Shown here in pieces: positions 33,020 to 43,627 of a stretch of DNA of 64,000 nt. The stretch is taken from contig JAVETP010000006.1 of assembly GCA_034006005.1 (NCBI GenBank), positions 9,944-73,943 on the forward strand, given 5' to 3'. A program made the position numbers and the translations under genes. Positions within the stretch are counted from its first letter, which is position 1, and each line of letters begins with the position of its first letter. The stretch comes from Pseudomonas sp. GTDB taxonomy: Bacteria > Pseudomonadota > Gammaproteobacteria > Pseudomonadales > Pseudomonadaceae. The notes beneath the pieces were generated by a model. The model was given only the letters and a program-made list of their open reading frames with translations, did not search any database and had not been told where the DNA came from.

Positions 33020-35740
33020 TTAAACCTCCTGCTTTTTCAAAAGCATCAGGCTTAAGCCGGTAAAGGCTAAGAAAAAGCCCAGCAAAGCCAAACATTGCAG
33101 CCACAGATCACGCAAATTCAACGCTTTAGTAAAGGTGCCCACGGCAATATCAAGGAAGTATCCAGCGGGGAATAAAATCCCCATCAACGCTGCACCACCG
33201 TCGAGCGATGAACGTGGAGTGATCAAGCCGGAAAACTGAATAGTCGGCAACGTGGTTAAAATCATTGTGCCTAAAATCGCTGCGATTTGTGTTTTCGTCA
33301 CCGTCGACACCAGTAAACCAAAACTGGTGGTGGCCAATACATAGAGCACTCCACCCACAGCCAAGGCAAAACCGCTACCTTTCAGCGGCACGCCAAATAG
33401 CCAAATATTAATCCCCACCAAGAGCGCCAAGTTAAGCAAACTCACCGCTAAATACGGCATTTGTTTACCGAGTAAAAACTCTAAACGGGTCAGTGGTGTG
33501 GCGTAGAAGTTAGTAATTGAGCCCAGCTCTTTTTCACGCACCACACCTAGGGCAGTCAACATAGCGGGGATAAAGACTAAAATCAGCGCCATCACCCCAG
33601 GACCAATGGCATTGACGCTGATCACATCTTGGTTATAGCGAAAACGGGTTTCTAAACGAGCCGGTTGGGCGAGTGCAGGTATCGCCGCACTGCCTTCATC
33701 ACGTAAGCGCTGCAGACTTTCGTGGTGGACTGCTTCGATATAACCGCGACTGGTTTCCGCACGGAATGGCGAGCCACCATCCAACCACACCCCCACTTCA
33801 GGGTGGCGGCCGGCATGTAAATCACGACCAAAACCCGCAGGTATTTCAATGGCTAACTTAATATCTGCTCGCTGCAAACGTGCATGTAAATCTTGCAGAT
33901 TAGTTAAAGGTTCACGCTCAGCAAAATAACGTGAGCCGCGAAACGCCTCCAAATAAGCGCGACTTTGTGCGGTATTGTCCTGATCAAGCGTAGCAAAGGC
34001 TAAGTCCTCCACATCTAAGGAAATACCAAAGCCCAAAATAATCATCATAAACACCGCACCCAACAGCGCAAACCAGAGACGCACGCGGTCACGCAGCAGC
34101 TCTTTGCTCTCACGCACAGCCAAAGCTCGGGTGCGCCGTAAACTAAAGCCGCGCGGTGGTGTGGAGGTTAACGCTTCGGTGGCTGTGCTGACGATCTCAG
34201 GTGCTTGATCGGTTAAACCTTGCGCCTCTTGCAAACAGGCGACAAAAGCATCTTCCAAGGTCTCACCGGAAAACTGCTGTTGCAGCTCAGCCGGAGTGCC
34301 CACGGCTAACACTTTCGCGGCATGCATCAGTGAAATACGATCACAACGCTCGGCTTCATTCATAAAGTGCGTGGAAAGAAAAATTGTTACGCCTTGTTCA
34401 CGCGATAACTCAAACAGCAAACGCCAGAAATCATCCCGTGCAGCGGGGTCAACACCCGAGGTTGGCTCATCCAGAATCAATACTTCTGGCTCATGAATCA
34501 CTGCCACCGCTAAGGATAAACGCTGGCGCAACCCCAAAGGTAAAGCGCCGGCTTGCTCATCGGTATAAGGGCCTAAATCAAAACGTTCAATCAGTGCTTG
34601 CGCCCGCTGCGCGCCAATATCTTTGGGAATATCAAATAAATGCGCATGCAGCTCAAGGTTTTGCTGCACGGTCAGCTCGCCATACAGTGAGAAGCTTTGC
34701 GACATAAAGCCCACACGCTTACGGGTGGCTAAGTCCTTGGCATCCACAGGTTTACCCAACAGCCACGCTTCACCTTCAGTGGCCGGCAACAAGCCTGTCA
34801 GCACCTTCATGGTAGTGGTTTTACCGCAACCGTTGGAGCCTAAAAAACCAAAAATCTCGCCGCGCTCAATTTCAAAACTGACTTTATGCACTGCGGTAAA
34901 ATCACCAAAGCGCAAGGTCAGATCCGTGGCTTTAATCGCAACCTCATGACTCTCTGGCGCGAACGCTGTCATTGTCAGAGGTTCCACACCCGTTGCGCCA
35001 TCCCCCTGATAATGAGTAAAGGCATCATCCAATTTACCGCTCGGCGTGACAGCGGCCAGCTCTTGCGTGGCACCTGAGGCAATTAACTTGCCACGATCCA
35101 TCATCAAACAGTGCTCAAACTGCTCTGCTTCTTCCATATAGGCAGTGGCCACCAGCAAAGTCAGATGCGGACGGTCACTGCGCACTTGCTCAATCAAATC
35201 CCAAAAATGCCGACGTGATAAGGGATCCACACCGGTGGTCGGCTCATCCAGAATCAATAGATCCGGATCATGAATCAGCGCACAGCACAGGCCGAGCTTT
35301 TGTTTCATGCCGCCAGATAATTTACCGGCGGGGCGATCAATAAACTCGGTGAGATCGGTCGCCGCCAATAAGCTGGCCATGCGCCCTTCACGCTCAGCAC
35401 GCGTTAAACCAAATAAAGTAGCAAAGAAACGAATATTTTCCGCAACGGATAAATCCGGATACAGGTTCTGCCCCAGCCCTTGCGGCATAAAGGCAATGCG
35501 TTGGTAGAGCGTAGAGCGATGACGGCGTTGGTCAATCGGGCCACCCAGCACATCCAACTCGCCGTTCTGCAGGATTTTCACTCCAGAAATCAAGCCCAAT
35601 AGACTGGATTTACCTGCACCATCAGGGCCAATCAGGCCGCAACGACTGCCCACCGGTAAGCTAAAGCTCACATCATCTAATGCTGCTTGCTTGCCATAGC
35701 AGTGCGAAATATGAACGGCCTTAATTGCTTCTGTACTCAT
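33020..35740 (-). CDS. rbbA: Ribosome-associated ATPase/ABC transporter (2 NBD + ABC-2 permease)
   Basis: GPDGAGKS and GSNGCGKT, LSGGMKQKL, LPLGLRQRL, REKELGSITNFY. Confidence 0.92.
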   Translation of the reverse strand: MSTEAIKAVHISHCYGKQAALDDVSFSLPVGSRCGLIGPDGAGKSSLLGLISGVKILQNGELDVLGGPIDQRRHRSTLYQRIAFMPQGLGQNLYPDLSVAENIRFFATLFGLTRAEREGRMASLLAATDLTEFIDRPAGKLSGGMKQKLGLCCALIHDPDLLILDEPTTGVDPLSRRHFWDLIEQVRSDRPHLTLLVATAYMEEAEQFEHCLMMDRGKLIASGATQELAAVTPSGKLDDAFTHYQGDGATGVEPLTMTAFAPESHEVAIKATDLTLRFGDFTAVHKVSFEIERGEIFGFLGSNGCGKTTTMKVLTGLLPATEGEAWLLGKPVDAKDLATRKRVGFMSQSFSLYGELTVQQNLELHAHLFDIPKDIGAQRAQALIERFDLGPYTDEQAGALPLGLRQRLSLAVAVIHEPEVLILDEPTSGVDPAARDDFWRLLFELSREQGVTIFLSTHFMNEAERCDRISLMHAAKVLAVGTPAELQQQFSGETLEDAFVACLQEAQGLTDQAPEIVSTATEALTSTPPRGFSLRRTRALAVRESKELLRDRVRLWFALLGAVFMMIILGFGISLDVEDLAFATLDQDNTAQSRAYLEAFRGSRYFAEREPLTNLQDLHARLQRADIKLAIEIPAGFGRDLHAGRHPEVGVWLDGGSPFRAETSRGYIEAVHHESLQRLRDEGSAAIPALAQPARLETRFRYNQDVISVNAIGPGVMALILVFIPAMLTALGVVREKELGSITNFYATPLTRLEFLLGKQMPYLAVSLLNLALLVGINIWLFGVPLKGSGFALAVGGVLYVLATTSFGLLVSTVTKTQIAAILGTMILTTLPTIQFSGLITPRSSLDGGAALMGILFPAGYFLDIAVGTFTKALNLRDLWLQCLALLGFFLAFTGLSLMLLKKQEV

Positions 35741-35848
35741 GCTGCTTTACCCGCTAACTCAATCCATTACCGCACCCGATTTGGATGCCATTTCAATCTG
35801 TAATCTGCGCGCTGCTGATCGCAACAGCACACAACACATCGGCAGAAT

Positions 35849-36817
35849 TTATTGTAAGGATTCAGGCCAGTTTACATCGGCAGAGTTGCGCACATAAGCC
35901 GAGCCTGGCATACCGGGTTTAGCTTGCGGTACGGCAGCTGGATCAGTCAGGCGTAACTTAACGCGAAACACCAGTTTCTGGCGCTCATCGCGAGTTTCCA
36001 CTTCTTTTGGGGTGAACTGCGCTTTGGCTGCAACAAAAGCCACTTCAGCGGGCAAAGGTTGCTCAGGTAAAGCATCTAAAACAATACGCGCTTGATCCTT
36101 GGCCGCTAAGCGTCCTGCCACTGCAGAAGGCAAATAGACATTCATATATTGGTCTGTCGGATCGATCAGCAAAAAGACACGGCCGCCTGCGCCCAACACT
36201 TCGCCTGGCTCAGCTAAACGTAATTGCACCACACCGTTCATCGGTGCGCGTAAACTGCTGTCATCAATCTCACTGGCCAGTTGCGCCACCATCGCTTCAG
36301 CTGAACCAATCGTCGCTTGCGCGGCTTGCACTTGAGCTTTAGATGCTTCTAAAGCTGCTGAAGCGGTATCAAAGCGCGCTTGCTGTTGATCAATCTGCTG
36401 ACCGCTGGCATGGCCACGCGCATAGAGTTCACGAAATCGTTTTAAATCTTGCCCAGCTAAACGGCGTTCACTTTCACGTAAATGCACTGTGGCTTGCGCT
36501 GCAGCCACATTTTCCTGTGCACGCAATACTTCAGATTGCGCCTGTGTGCGTTGCGCTTCTAAGGTACGTGTATCAATACGGGCTAGTAATTGTCCAATAA
36601 CGACGCTATCGCCTTCAGCCACCAGCACTTCAGCCAAGCGACCCGGATATTTAGTCGCAACCTGTACTTCCGTTGCTTCTAAACGGCCGTTGCCTTCATA
36701 AAGCCCTTCGGGCAGTCGATCTTGTAATGATTTCCAATAACCAAAACCACCCGCAGCAGCCAAAGCAACCAATAAAGGTACAAGAAATAAACGAGACGAA
36801 CTTTTATGCGTAGACAT
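35849..36817 (-). CDS. yhiI: HlyD family membrane fusion protein
   Basis: GNGRLEATEV, AQFTPKEVETRDERQKLVFRVK; AGGAG SD before ATG 36817. Confidence 0.85.
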   Translation of the reverse strand: MSTHKSSSRLFLVPLLVALAAAGGFGYWKSLQDRLPEGLYEGNGRLEATEVQVATKYPGRLAEVLVAEGDSVVIGQLLARIDTRTLEAQRTQAQSEVLRAQENVAAAQATVHLRESERRLAGQDLKRFRELYARGHASGQQIDQQQARFDTASAALEASKAQVQAAQATIGSAEAMVAQLASEIDDSSLRAPMNGVVQLRLAEPGEVLGAGGRVFLLIDPTDQYMNVYLPSAVAGRLAAKDQARIVLDALPEQPLPAEVAFVAAKAQFTPKEVETRDERQKLVFRVKLRLTDPAAVPQAKPGMPGSAYVRNSADVNWPESLQ

Positions 36818-37067
36818 GGGTGCTCCTAGCAAGAGAGAACACTGCAGTAATAGATGACACTGCAATGTATAAAGTCAAAATATCAATCGATGCTCAGTGT
36901 ATTGCTCTAACATCTGCAGCACTCAAAACATTGGCCGATTGTACCTTGTGTCTAGAGGGCGTCTAGGCAAACCCTATAAACCTGTAGCTTTTAGGAGCAT
37001 CTTGTCTGACAATATCGTTCTGACTTGCTTAATGCAGCGGTTTACAAAAATACTTGCATAAACATTT

Positions 37068-37094
37068 GAACTTTTTTTTAAAAAAACACTCATT
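37068..37094 (+). promoter_or_regulatory. Sigma-E/AlgU-like promoter
   Basis: GAACTT-N16-TCATT upstream of the small membrane protein. Confidence 0.45.
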
Positions 37095-37203
37095 AGCATG
37101 CTGACATGCAATGATATTATCAACACAGCCCATTGCAGTAAAAATGATGGCTTGGAACAACAGCACTGATGCTGTTAACAATGTGCTGGAGAGCAAAGTA
37201 ACA

Positions 37204-37371
37204 ATGAAACGTAAACCTGATTTAATGTGGATCTTAGTGGTTATCCTAAGCTTAGGCATGGTGACAACAGGTTACACACAAAGCCTTTGGGAACGCGGCG
37301 ACTATCAAAGCGAAACCGACAATTTCCCAAGCGACACTATGCTAGTCCCGTATACCACTGCTGATCAGTAA
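37204..37371 (+). CDS. Small (55 aa) membrane protein
   Basis: GGAG SD; MKRKPDLMWILVVILSLGMVTTGYTQSLW resembles a small pseudomonad protein I recall at this locus; overlaps the 3' end of fau. Confidence 0.65.
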   Translation: MKRKPDLMWILVVILSLGMVTTGYTQSLWERGDYQSETDNFPSDTMLVPYTTADQ

Positions 37372-37945
37372 CCACTGCATGCAAAGGAATATCCCAAGGC
37401 GCTAGCGGTAAACGCTCAACACGCTGACATTCATGTGCTAAACCAATACGCTGCGGCGTCAGTACATGATCACACTGGTACAGCTCAGCAAAGCAACGAT
37501 CATAAAAACCGCCACCCATTCCTAAACGCCCACCGTACTGATCAAACCCAACCAAGGGTAACAACACCACATCCAACGCCCACACCGCACGTTGATCGGC
37601 GGCACACCAGCGTGGCTGCAAAATACCAAAACGGTTCTTTTCCCATTGTTGAATCGGGCGCACACGCTGAAATACCATGCTTGTTTTTGGCCAAGCGGGC
37701 AAGACCGGTAAATACACAGATTTACCGCGACGCCACGCTTCACGCATTAACAGCTGCGGATCAATTTCACCGTCACTGGCGATATATAAAGCGATATGTT
37801 GCGCACGACGAAAGAGCGGATGCTGTGCTAACTGTCTAAACAATTGCAGTGCCGCTTGTGCTTGTTGACTCGGGGATAAAGTGCGCCGCTGTTGACGTAG
37901 CTGAGTACGTAACTGGGCTCGTGAGCGAGAGGTATTGACTTGCAT
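37337..37945 (-). CDS. fau: 5-formyltetrahydrofolate cyclo-ligase
   Basis: PLVGFDQYGGRLGMGGGFYDR, WDIPL; downstream of 6S RNA. Confidence 0.93.
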   Translation of the reverse strand: MQVNTSRSRAQLRTQLRQQRRTLSPSQQAQAALQLFRQLAQHPLFRRAQHIALYIASDGEIDPQLLMREAWRRGKSVYLPVLPAWPKTSMVFQRVRPIQQWEKNRFGILQPRWCAADQRAVWALDVVLLPLVGFDQYGGRLGMGGGFYDRCFAELYQCDHVLTPQRIGLAHECQRVERLPLAPWDIPLHAVVTDQQWYTGLA

Positions 37946-37958
37946 TGTATAAAAAAAG

Positions 37959-38134
37959 TCTCCCCAGAAGTGCCGCTATCGACGTGACCCTTGAACCCGA
38001 AAGTTCAAGGTGGAGATTACGATAGACTTTTAGGCTTTCCGCAAGCGGACATGCACACCAGTCCAAAATTGTAATCCCCGGTGTGGTATGAATCGGCTCA
38101 GGGACATAGTCAACTGGCTAACACTCGAGGGAGT
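37959..38134 (-). ncRNA. ssrS: 6S RNA
   Basis: Minus strand ACTCCCTCGAGTGTTAGCCAG...GTCCCTGAGCCGAT...CACCTTGAACTTTCGGGTTCAAGGG...GGGGAG; self-complementary ends; between zapA and fau. Confidence 0.95.
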
Positions 38135-38141
38135 TGTCTCC

Positions 38142-38169
38142 AGTATACACAAATCTTTGAGTGCCTCAA
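38142..38169 (-). promoter_or_regulatory. Sigma70 promoter of ssrS
   Basis: TTGAGG-N16-TATACT, about 7 nt before the predicted 5' end. Confidence 0.65.
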
Positions 38170-38176
38170 GAGTCGA

Positions 38177-38473
38177 TTACTCAGCGCTATTTAAACTCTG
38201 CTGCACACTCGTCAACAAGCCTTGTATCTGCTCAGCACTTTTATCATCCAGCGGTTGAGCATGCTGTGTACTGTGCAACTCATAGGTGATGTTCAGAGCA
38301 GCCATCACCGCAATACGTTCTGCGCCAACCACTTTTCCCGCACGCCGAATACCGCGCATTTTTTTATCGAGGTACTGAGCTGCACGCTCTAAATTTTCAC
38401 TTTCTTGCTCAGGACAAGCAATATGATAGTCCTTATCCAAGATACGTACGGTGACTGTCTGGGATTGAGTCAT
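38177..38473 (-). CDS. zapA: Cell division protein ZapA
   Basis: VRILDKDYHIACP, ERIAVMAALNI. Confidence 0.93.
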   Translation of the reverse strand: MTQSQTVTVRILDKDYHIACPEQESENLERAAQYLDKKMRGIRRAGKVVGAERIAVMAALNITYELHSTQHAQPLDDKSAEQIQGLLTSVQQSLNSAE

Positions 38474-38658
38474 AAGTCCTGCTCCAACGCTTTAAGCCGA
38501 GAAATCATAGCGACAATTTTTTGCTGCGCCATATCGTTTTGTTCGATTAATTGCCCACGCTCTTCACGCAGTGCTTGATTGTGCGTGCTAAGTTCAGTGT
38601 TACGTTGAATCAATTGCTCAACGGCCTGCACTAAGGCTTGTAAATCAGTATTTTTCAC
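38470..38658 (-). CDS. TIGR02449 family coiled-coil protein (ZapB-like)
   Basis: GGAGG SD plus GTG 38658; ends MISRLKALEQ; overlaps the zapA start. Confidence 0.85.
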   Translation of the reverse strand: MKNTDLQALVQAVEQLIQRNTELSTHNQALREERGQLIEQNDMAQQKIVAMISRLKALEQDL

Positions 38659-38974
38659 CCGCCCTCCAGTGTTCACCACGTCATATTACATACTTTGTAT
38701 ATATATCATTCTAACGCCCGTACGCCGCCGCGCACAGTGCTATACAGGCTATCGAAGAAATAAACTTAAGGTTGTAACCTGTATCCTACACATTTTCATT
38801 AAAGTGCTGAGTTTTGCAGGTTTTTATCATATAAACCTAGCGAATCAGTGAGCAAATATATCAGCGGCTGCAAAGATCAGTGTTTAGCGCCATACTCAAC
38901 AACGCGATATACTTAGGCTCATCATATAAACGACTCTTAAAACCACGTAACAGTTCCATTATTTCGGATTTTAC

Positions 38975-39550
38975 ATGCCCCAAACTCAATCTGCTTACAC
39001 CTCATTTGCCACCTTACTCAACACCAGTGGCCATGTTATTTCACCGGCTGAACTACAAGGTTTACTGCTCGGCCGTTGCTGTGCAGGCGCCGGTTTTACT
39101 GCTGAAGGCTGGCTCAAAGAAGCACAAGACTTATTTGACAGTGAAGTTCCCAGCAGCCTGCACGCTGCTCTGCTTGGCCTACAAGAAATGGTCAAAACTG
39201 AGCTGATCGCTGATAGCAGCGTCTCCCTGACATTATTACTACCCAGCGATGACGAATCACTGCAGTTGCGCACTGAAGCTTTAGGCCAATGGGCGCAAGG
39301 CTTTTTAAGTGGTTTTGGTAACAATATCGGTAACACTGAAATATCTAAAGACGTGCGCGAAATTCTCGAAGACTTAATTTCCGTTGCGCAAATTGAAGTC
39401 GATGAAGAAGAACACGAAGAAGGTGAAGTCGCCTATATGGAAGTCAACGAGTACCTACGCGTTGTACCATTATTTCTCTTTACCGAATGCGCCAACTACA
39501 CGCCGCCGAGCACTGACGACGCCAAAGACGCAACACCCGCCGTACACTAA
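38975..39550 (+). CDS. ygfB: UPF0149 family protein
   Basis: SPAELQGLLLG, ALGQWAQGFLSGFG, YMEVNEYLRV; precedes pepP. Confidence 0.88.
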   Translation: MPQTQSAYTSFATLLNTSGHVISPAELQGLLLGRCCAGAGFTAEGWLKEAQDLFDSEVPSSLHAALLGLQEMVKTELIADSSVSLTLLLPSDDESLQLRTEALGQWAQGFLSGFGNNIGNTEISKDVREILEDLISVAQIEVDEEEHEEGEVAYMEVNEYLRVVPLFLFTECANYTPPSTDDAKDATPAVH

Positions 39551-39571
39551 AACTTACAGGAGCCACACCGC

Positions 39572-40906
39572 ATGAGCTCAATCAGCACCTCTGAATACGC
39601 ACAACGCCGCCAACAACTGATGCAACGCATGACGCCCAACAGCATTGCAATTTTATCTGCAGCGGCCGTCAGCACCCGTAACAGCAGCGTTGAATACCCG
39701 TACCGACAAGACAGTGACTTTTTTTACTTGTCAGGTTTTTCCGAGCCCGAAGCGGTGTTGGTGCTGATTCCCAAGCGCGAGCATGGTGAATTTGTTTTAT
39801 TTTGCCGTGAGCGTAATCCTGAACGCGAACTCTGGGACGGCTTACGTGCGGGTCAAGATGGCGCCATCGCCGACTATCAAGCCGATGATGCCTTCCCCAT
39901 TAGCGATATTGATGACATTTTGCCCGGTCTAATTGAAGGCCGTGAGCGCGTGTATTACTCCATCGGCAATAATGCAGAATTTGATCAGCAAATGATGGAC
40001 TGGCTCAACACCATTCGCAGCAAAGCACGTATGGGCGCACAGCCACCCAAAGAATTTGTCATGCTCGATCACTTACTGCACGATGCGCGCCTGCGTAAAA
40101 GCCCAGCAGAAATCGCCACTATGCAACAGGCCGCTGATATTTCATGTCGCGCCCATATCCGTGCGATGCAAGCCTCTAAAGCAGGTTTATATGAGTATCA
40201 TCTAGAAGCTGAACTGGACTATGAATTCCGTAAAGGTGGCGCACGTTTGCCGGCGTATTCATCGATTGTCGCCAGTGGTAAAAACGCCTGTATTTTGCAT
40301 TACACTGAAAATAATGCCCCGTTACGCGATGGCGATTTAGTGTTGATTGATGCGGGTTGTGAGATTGACTGTTATGCCAGCGACATCACTCGCACCTTCC
40401 CGGTCAATGGCCGCTTTAGTGCAGAACAAAAAATCATTTATGAGTTGGTTCTGAAAGCCAACCTTGACGCGATGAATTATATTTCACCAAAGCACCGTTG
40501 GAATGACGCCCACGATGCCACGGTGCGCGTAATTACCGCAGGCTTATTAGAGCTGGGTCTGCTACAAGGTGATCTAGAAACATTGATTGCCAATGATGCC
40601 TACCGTCCGTTTTATATGCACCGTGCTGGGCACTGGCTCGGTCTGGATGTGCATGATGTCGGCGAATATAAAGTCGATGGCCAATGGCGCGAGCTCGAAG
40701 CGGGCATGACCATGACCGTTGAGCCTGGTATTTATATTGCCGTCGACAATTTGGATGTACCTGAACAATGGCGCGGCATTGGTGTACGTATTGAAGATGA
40801 TGTGGTGGTCACCGAAAACGGCTGCCATGTTCTGACTAATGCAGTCCCTAAGACAGTGGCAGACATTGAACGTTTAATGGCTGCCGCACAACAACCTGGA
40901 GCTTAG
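39572..40906 (+). CDS. pepP: Xaa-Pro aminopeptidase
   Basis: YRQDSDFFYLSG, DAG, DITRT, GHWLGLDVHD, EPG, GVRIEDD. Confidence 0.96.
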   Translation: MSSISTSEYAQRRQQLMQRMTPNSIAILSAAAVSTRNSSVEYPYRQDSDFFYLSGFSEPEAVLVLIPKREHGEFVLFCRERNPERELWDGLRAGQDGAIADYQADDAFPISDIDDILPGLIEGRERVYYSIGNNAEFDQQMMDWLNTIRSKARMGAQPPKEFVMLDHLLHDARLRKSPAEIATMQQAADISCRAHIRAMQASKAGLYEYHLEAELDYEFRKGGARLPAYSSIVASGKNACILHYTENNAPLRDGDLVLIDAGCEIDCYASDITRTFPVNGRFSAEQKIIYELVLKANLDAMNYISPKHRWNDAHDATVRVITAGLLELGLLQGDLETLIANDAYRPFYMHRAGHWLGLDVHDVGEYKVDGQWRELEAGMTMTVEPGIYIAVDNLDVPEQWRGIGVRIEDDVVVTENGCHVLTNAVPKTVADIERLMAAAQQPGA

Positions 40907-40908
40907 CC

Positions 40909-42105
40909 ATGAGCCGAGTGCAGATCGCAATTATTGGTGGTGGTTTAGTCGGCGCCAGCTTGGCGTTAGCCTTACAAGCTGGCGCACGGGAACGGCAGTG
41001 GAAGATTGTTCTGATTGAACCCTATGCCCCCGGCGACAGCTACCAACCCAGCTATGACGCTCGCGGCTCGGCTTTATCCTATGGCAGCCAGCAAATCTAT
41101 CAGCGCTTAGGTTTGTGGGATGCTATCGCACCTCATGCCGAAGCTATTACTGATATTCATATTTCTGACCGCGGTCGCTTTGCTGCAGCACGCCTGAACG
41201 CCAGCGAAGAAGGTGTACCCGCTTTGGGCTATGTGGTGGAAAACGCCTGGCTGGGCCACTGCCTCTGGGGCGCACTGGATAGTGATGTCGTCGAATGGCG
41301 CTGCCCTGCCCGTGTCGAAAAAATGCAGGCACTCAGTGATGGCTACCGCCTGGACCTCGACGATGGCAGTAGCTTAGATTGTGATTTAGCGATTTTAGCC
41401 GACGGTGGCCGCTCTGGCTTACGCGAACAACAAGGTATTCACGCGCAAAAAACCAGCTATGGACAGACGGCGCTGATTGCCAATATCAGCACAGCATTAC
41501 CGCACCAAGGTATGGCGTTTGAACGCTTTACCGATGATGGTCCGATGGCGCTCTTACCCTTATCTGATAACCGCTGTGTATTGATTTGGACACGTGAACC
41601 CCAGGAAGCACAGCGTTTATATGAACTGCCTGATCAGCAGTTTCTGCAAGAGTTACAAAGCTGTTTTGGTTACCGCCTCGGCGCCATTGAACAGGTGGGC
41701 CAGCGTTATATGTACCCTTTAAGCCTGATCGAAAGCAGCGAACAAGTGCGCGCACATTTAGCCGTATTGGGTAATGCCGCGCACAGCCTGCACCCGGTTG
41801 CTGGCCAAGGTTACAATTTATCTTTGCGCGATAGTATGGCGCTGGCTGACTGCATATTAAGTGGCCCGCAGACACCCGGTGACCTAGCCACACTGCAACG
41901 TTTTCAAAAAAACCAGCAGCTTGATCAAGAACTGACCATTGGCTTTTCTGACCGTGTCACACGTTTATTTTCCAGCGGCCAACCCGCTCTCGCTGGTGGT
42001 CGCAACCTAGGTTTATTAGGGCTTGATTTACTGCCGCCGGCCAAACGTTGGTTTGCTCGTCAAGCCATGGGCATCGGCGTACGCAGTTCATCGGATCAGG
42101 TCTAG
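40909..42105 (+). CDS. ubiH: 2-octaprenyl-6-methoxyphenol hydroxylase
   Basis: GGGLVG, ADG, GNAAHSLHPVAGQGYNLSLRD, FARQAMG. Confidence 0.93.
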   Translation: MSRVQIAIIGGGLVGASLALALQAGARERQWKIVLIEPYAPGDSYQPSYDARGSALSYGSQQIYQRLGLWDAIAPHAEAITDIHISDRGRFAAARLNASEEGVPALGYVVENAWLGHCLWGALDSDVVEWRCPARVEKMQALSDGYRLDLDDGSSLDCDLAILADGGRSGLREQQGIHAQKTSYGQTALIANISTALPHQGMAFERFTDDGPMALLPLSDNRCVLIWTREPQEAQRLYELPDQQFLQELQSCFGYRLGAIEQVGQRYMYPLSLIESSEQVRAHLAVLGNAAHSLHPVAGQGYNLSLRDSMALADCILSGPQTPGDLATLQRFQKNQQLDQELTIGFSDRVTRLFSSGQPALAGGRNLGLLGLDLLPPAKRWFARQAMGIGVRSSSDQV

Positions 42106-42224
42106 GCTATGACTGTGCTGACCCAAGGTCGCAACCGATTGTCTATGCACAGAACGGCATGCTCAACTGCCAACCTCAGATATCTACAGCGCAGCTTGCT
42201 GCCACTCCAGAGTAGGACCTTAAT

Positions 42225-43442
42225 ATGCACGCAGATTTAATCATCGTCGGCGCGGGAATGGTTGGTAGTACGCTCGCCTTAGCGCTCAAAGACAGTGGCC
42301 TTAATATCGTCTTAGTCGATCGCAGTCCATTAACCATCACGCCCTTTAGCCCAGAACAACCTTTTGAGCCGCGCGTCAGTGCCTTATCGATTGCCAGCCA
42401 GCGCATTTTACAACGCGTCAATGCTTGGCCTGCCATCAGCACACATCGTGCCAGTCCCTACCGTGATATGTACGTTTGGGATGGTTCAGGTACCGGCAAG
42501 ATTCACTTTTCCGCCAGCAGCGTGCACGCCGATGTGCTGGGGCATATTGTTGAAAACCGTGTGACCCAAGATGCCTTGCTTGAGCAATTACACAACTCTG
42601 AGATCAGCTTATTACCAGACTCAAGCGTTGAACAACTGCGCCACAGCAGCGACGGCTGGTTAATGCAATTAGATGACGGTACTGAAATACGCAGCCCCTT
42701 AGTGATTGCCGCTGATGGTGCTAACTCCGCGATCCGCAGTCTGACCGGCTGTGCAACCCGTGAGTGGGATTATTTACACCACGCCATCGTTACCAGCGTG
42801 CGCTGTGAAAAACCTCACCAAGACACCGCTTGGCAACGTTTTACCGATGAAGGCCCACTCGCTCTACTGCCATTGCAGCACAGTGACGGCAAAAACTGGT
42901 GTTCGATTGTCTGGTCCATCCCTGAAGAACGCGCGAAACAACTGATGGCACTGGATGATGCAGCATTTTGTACAGCCCTAGGCCAAGCCTGTGAGCACCG
43001 TCTCGGGGCAATTGAGCACACTGACCAACGCTATAGCATTCCATTGCGCCAGCGCCACGCTAAGCGCTATGTGGAGCCGGGTTTAGCGCTGATTGGTGAT
43101 GCTGCGCACAGTATTCACCCATTGGCAGGCCAAGGTGTCAATTTAGGTTTTTTAGATGCGGCAGTACTGGCCGAAGTGCTATTGCACGCTCATGCTCGCG
43201 GCGAAGATATTGCCAGTGAGCGTGTCCTCAGTCGCTTTGAGCGTCGGCGCATGCCAGAAAACTTAGCCATGATGGCCGCCATGGAGACCTTTCAGCATCT
43301 CTTTCAAGCCGATGCCTTAGCGCTGCGCTGGTTACGTAACAGTGGTTTACAGATGATTGATAATTTAGATCAGGCTAAAGCTATGTTTATCCGCCATGCG
43401 CTCGGTTTAGGTGCTGATTTACCTGACCTCGCTCAGCCTTAA
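42225..43442 (+). CDS. ubiI: UbiH/UbiF/VisC family FAD monooxygenase (UbiI-like)
   Basis: GAGMVG, RVSAL, GDAAHSIHPLAGQGVNLG; position after ubiH. Confidence 0.8.
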   Translation: MHADLIIVGAGMVGSTLALALKDSGLNIVLVDRSPLTITPFSPEQPFEPRVSALSIASQRILQRVNAWPAISTHRASPYRDMYVWDGSGTGKIHFSASSVHADVLGHIVENRVTQDALLEQLHNSEISLLPDSSVEQLRHSSDGWLMQLDDGTEIRSPLVIAADGANSAIRSLTGCATREWDYLHHAIVTSVRCEKPHQDTAWQRFTDEGPLALLPLQHSDGKNWCSIVWSIPEERAKQLMALDDAAFCTALGQACEHRLGAIEHTDQRYSIPLRQRHAKRYVEPGLALIGDAAHSIHPLAGQGVNLGFLDAAVLAEVLLHAHARGEDIASERVLSRFERRRMPENLAMMAAMETFQHLFQADALALRWLRNSGLQMIDNLDQAKAMFIRHALGLGADLPDLAQP

Positions 43443-43577
43443 TCCTCTCTGGGTGCAGCGCGCGCAAACAACGCGCCTGCACCTATTTAGCACGCTGTGT
43501 CATAGCCGTTTATTCAGCGCATCTGTCCTCTAAAAATACAGTTTATTATAAATTTATGCGGATTTAGTTGATAAACT

Positions 43578-43598
43578 AAATGCAAGTAACTATCATTT
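43578..43598 (+). promoter_or_regulatory. Fur box-like site
   Basis: AAATGCAAGTAACTATCATTT imperfect palindrome 30-50 nt upstream of an Fe(III)-binding protein gene. Confidence 0.6.
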
Positions 43599-43627
43599 AC
43601 AAACTTTCACCCCAATCTGAGGTTGCC

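Noticed and set aside
38693..38712. TTGTATATATATCATT resembling an SOS box
   Set aside because: Lacks the invariant CTG and CAG ends.
42109..42240. 43-codon ORF between ubiH and ubiI, a possible relic of an intervening gene
   Set aside because: No recognisable motif; cannot be supported without a search.
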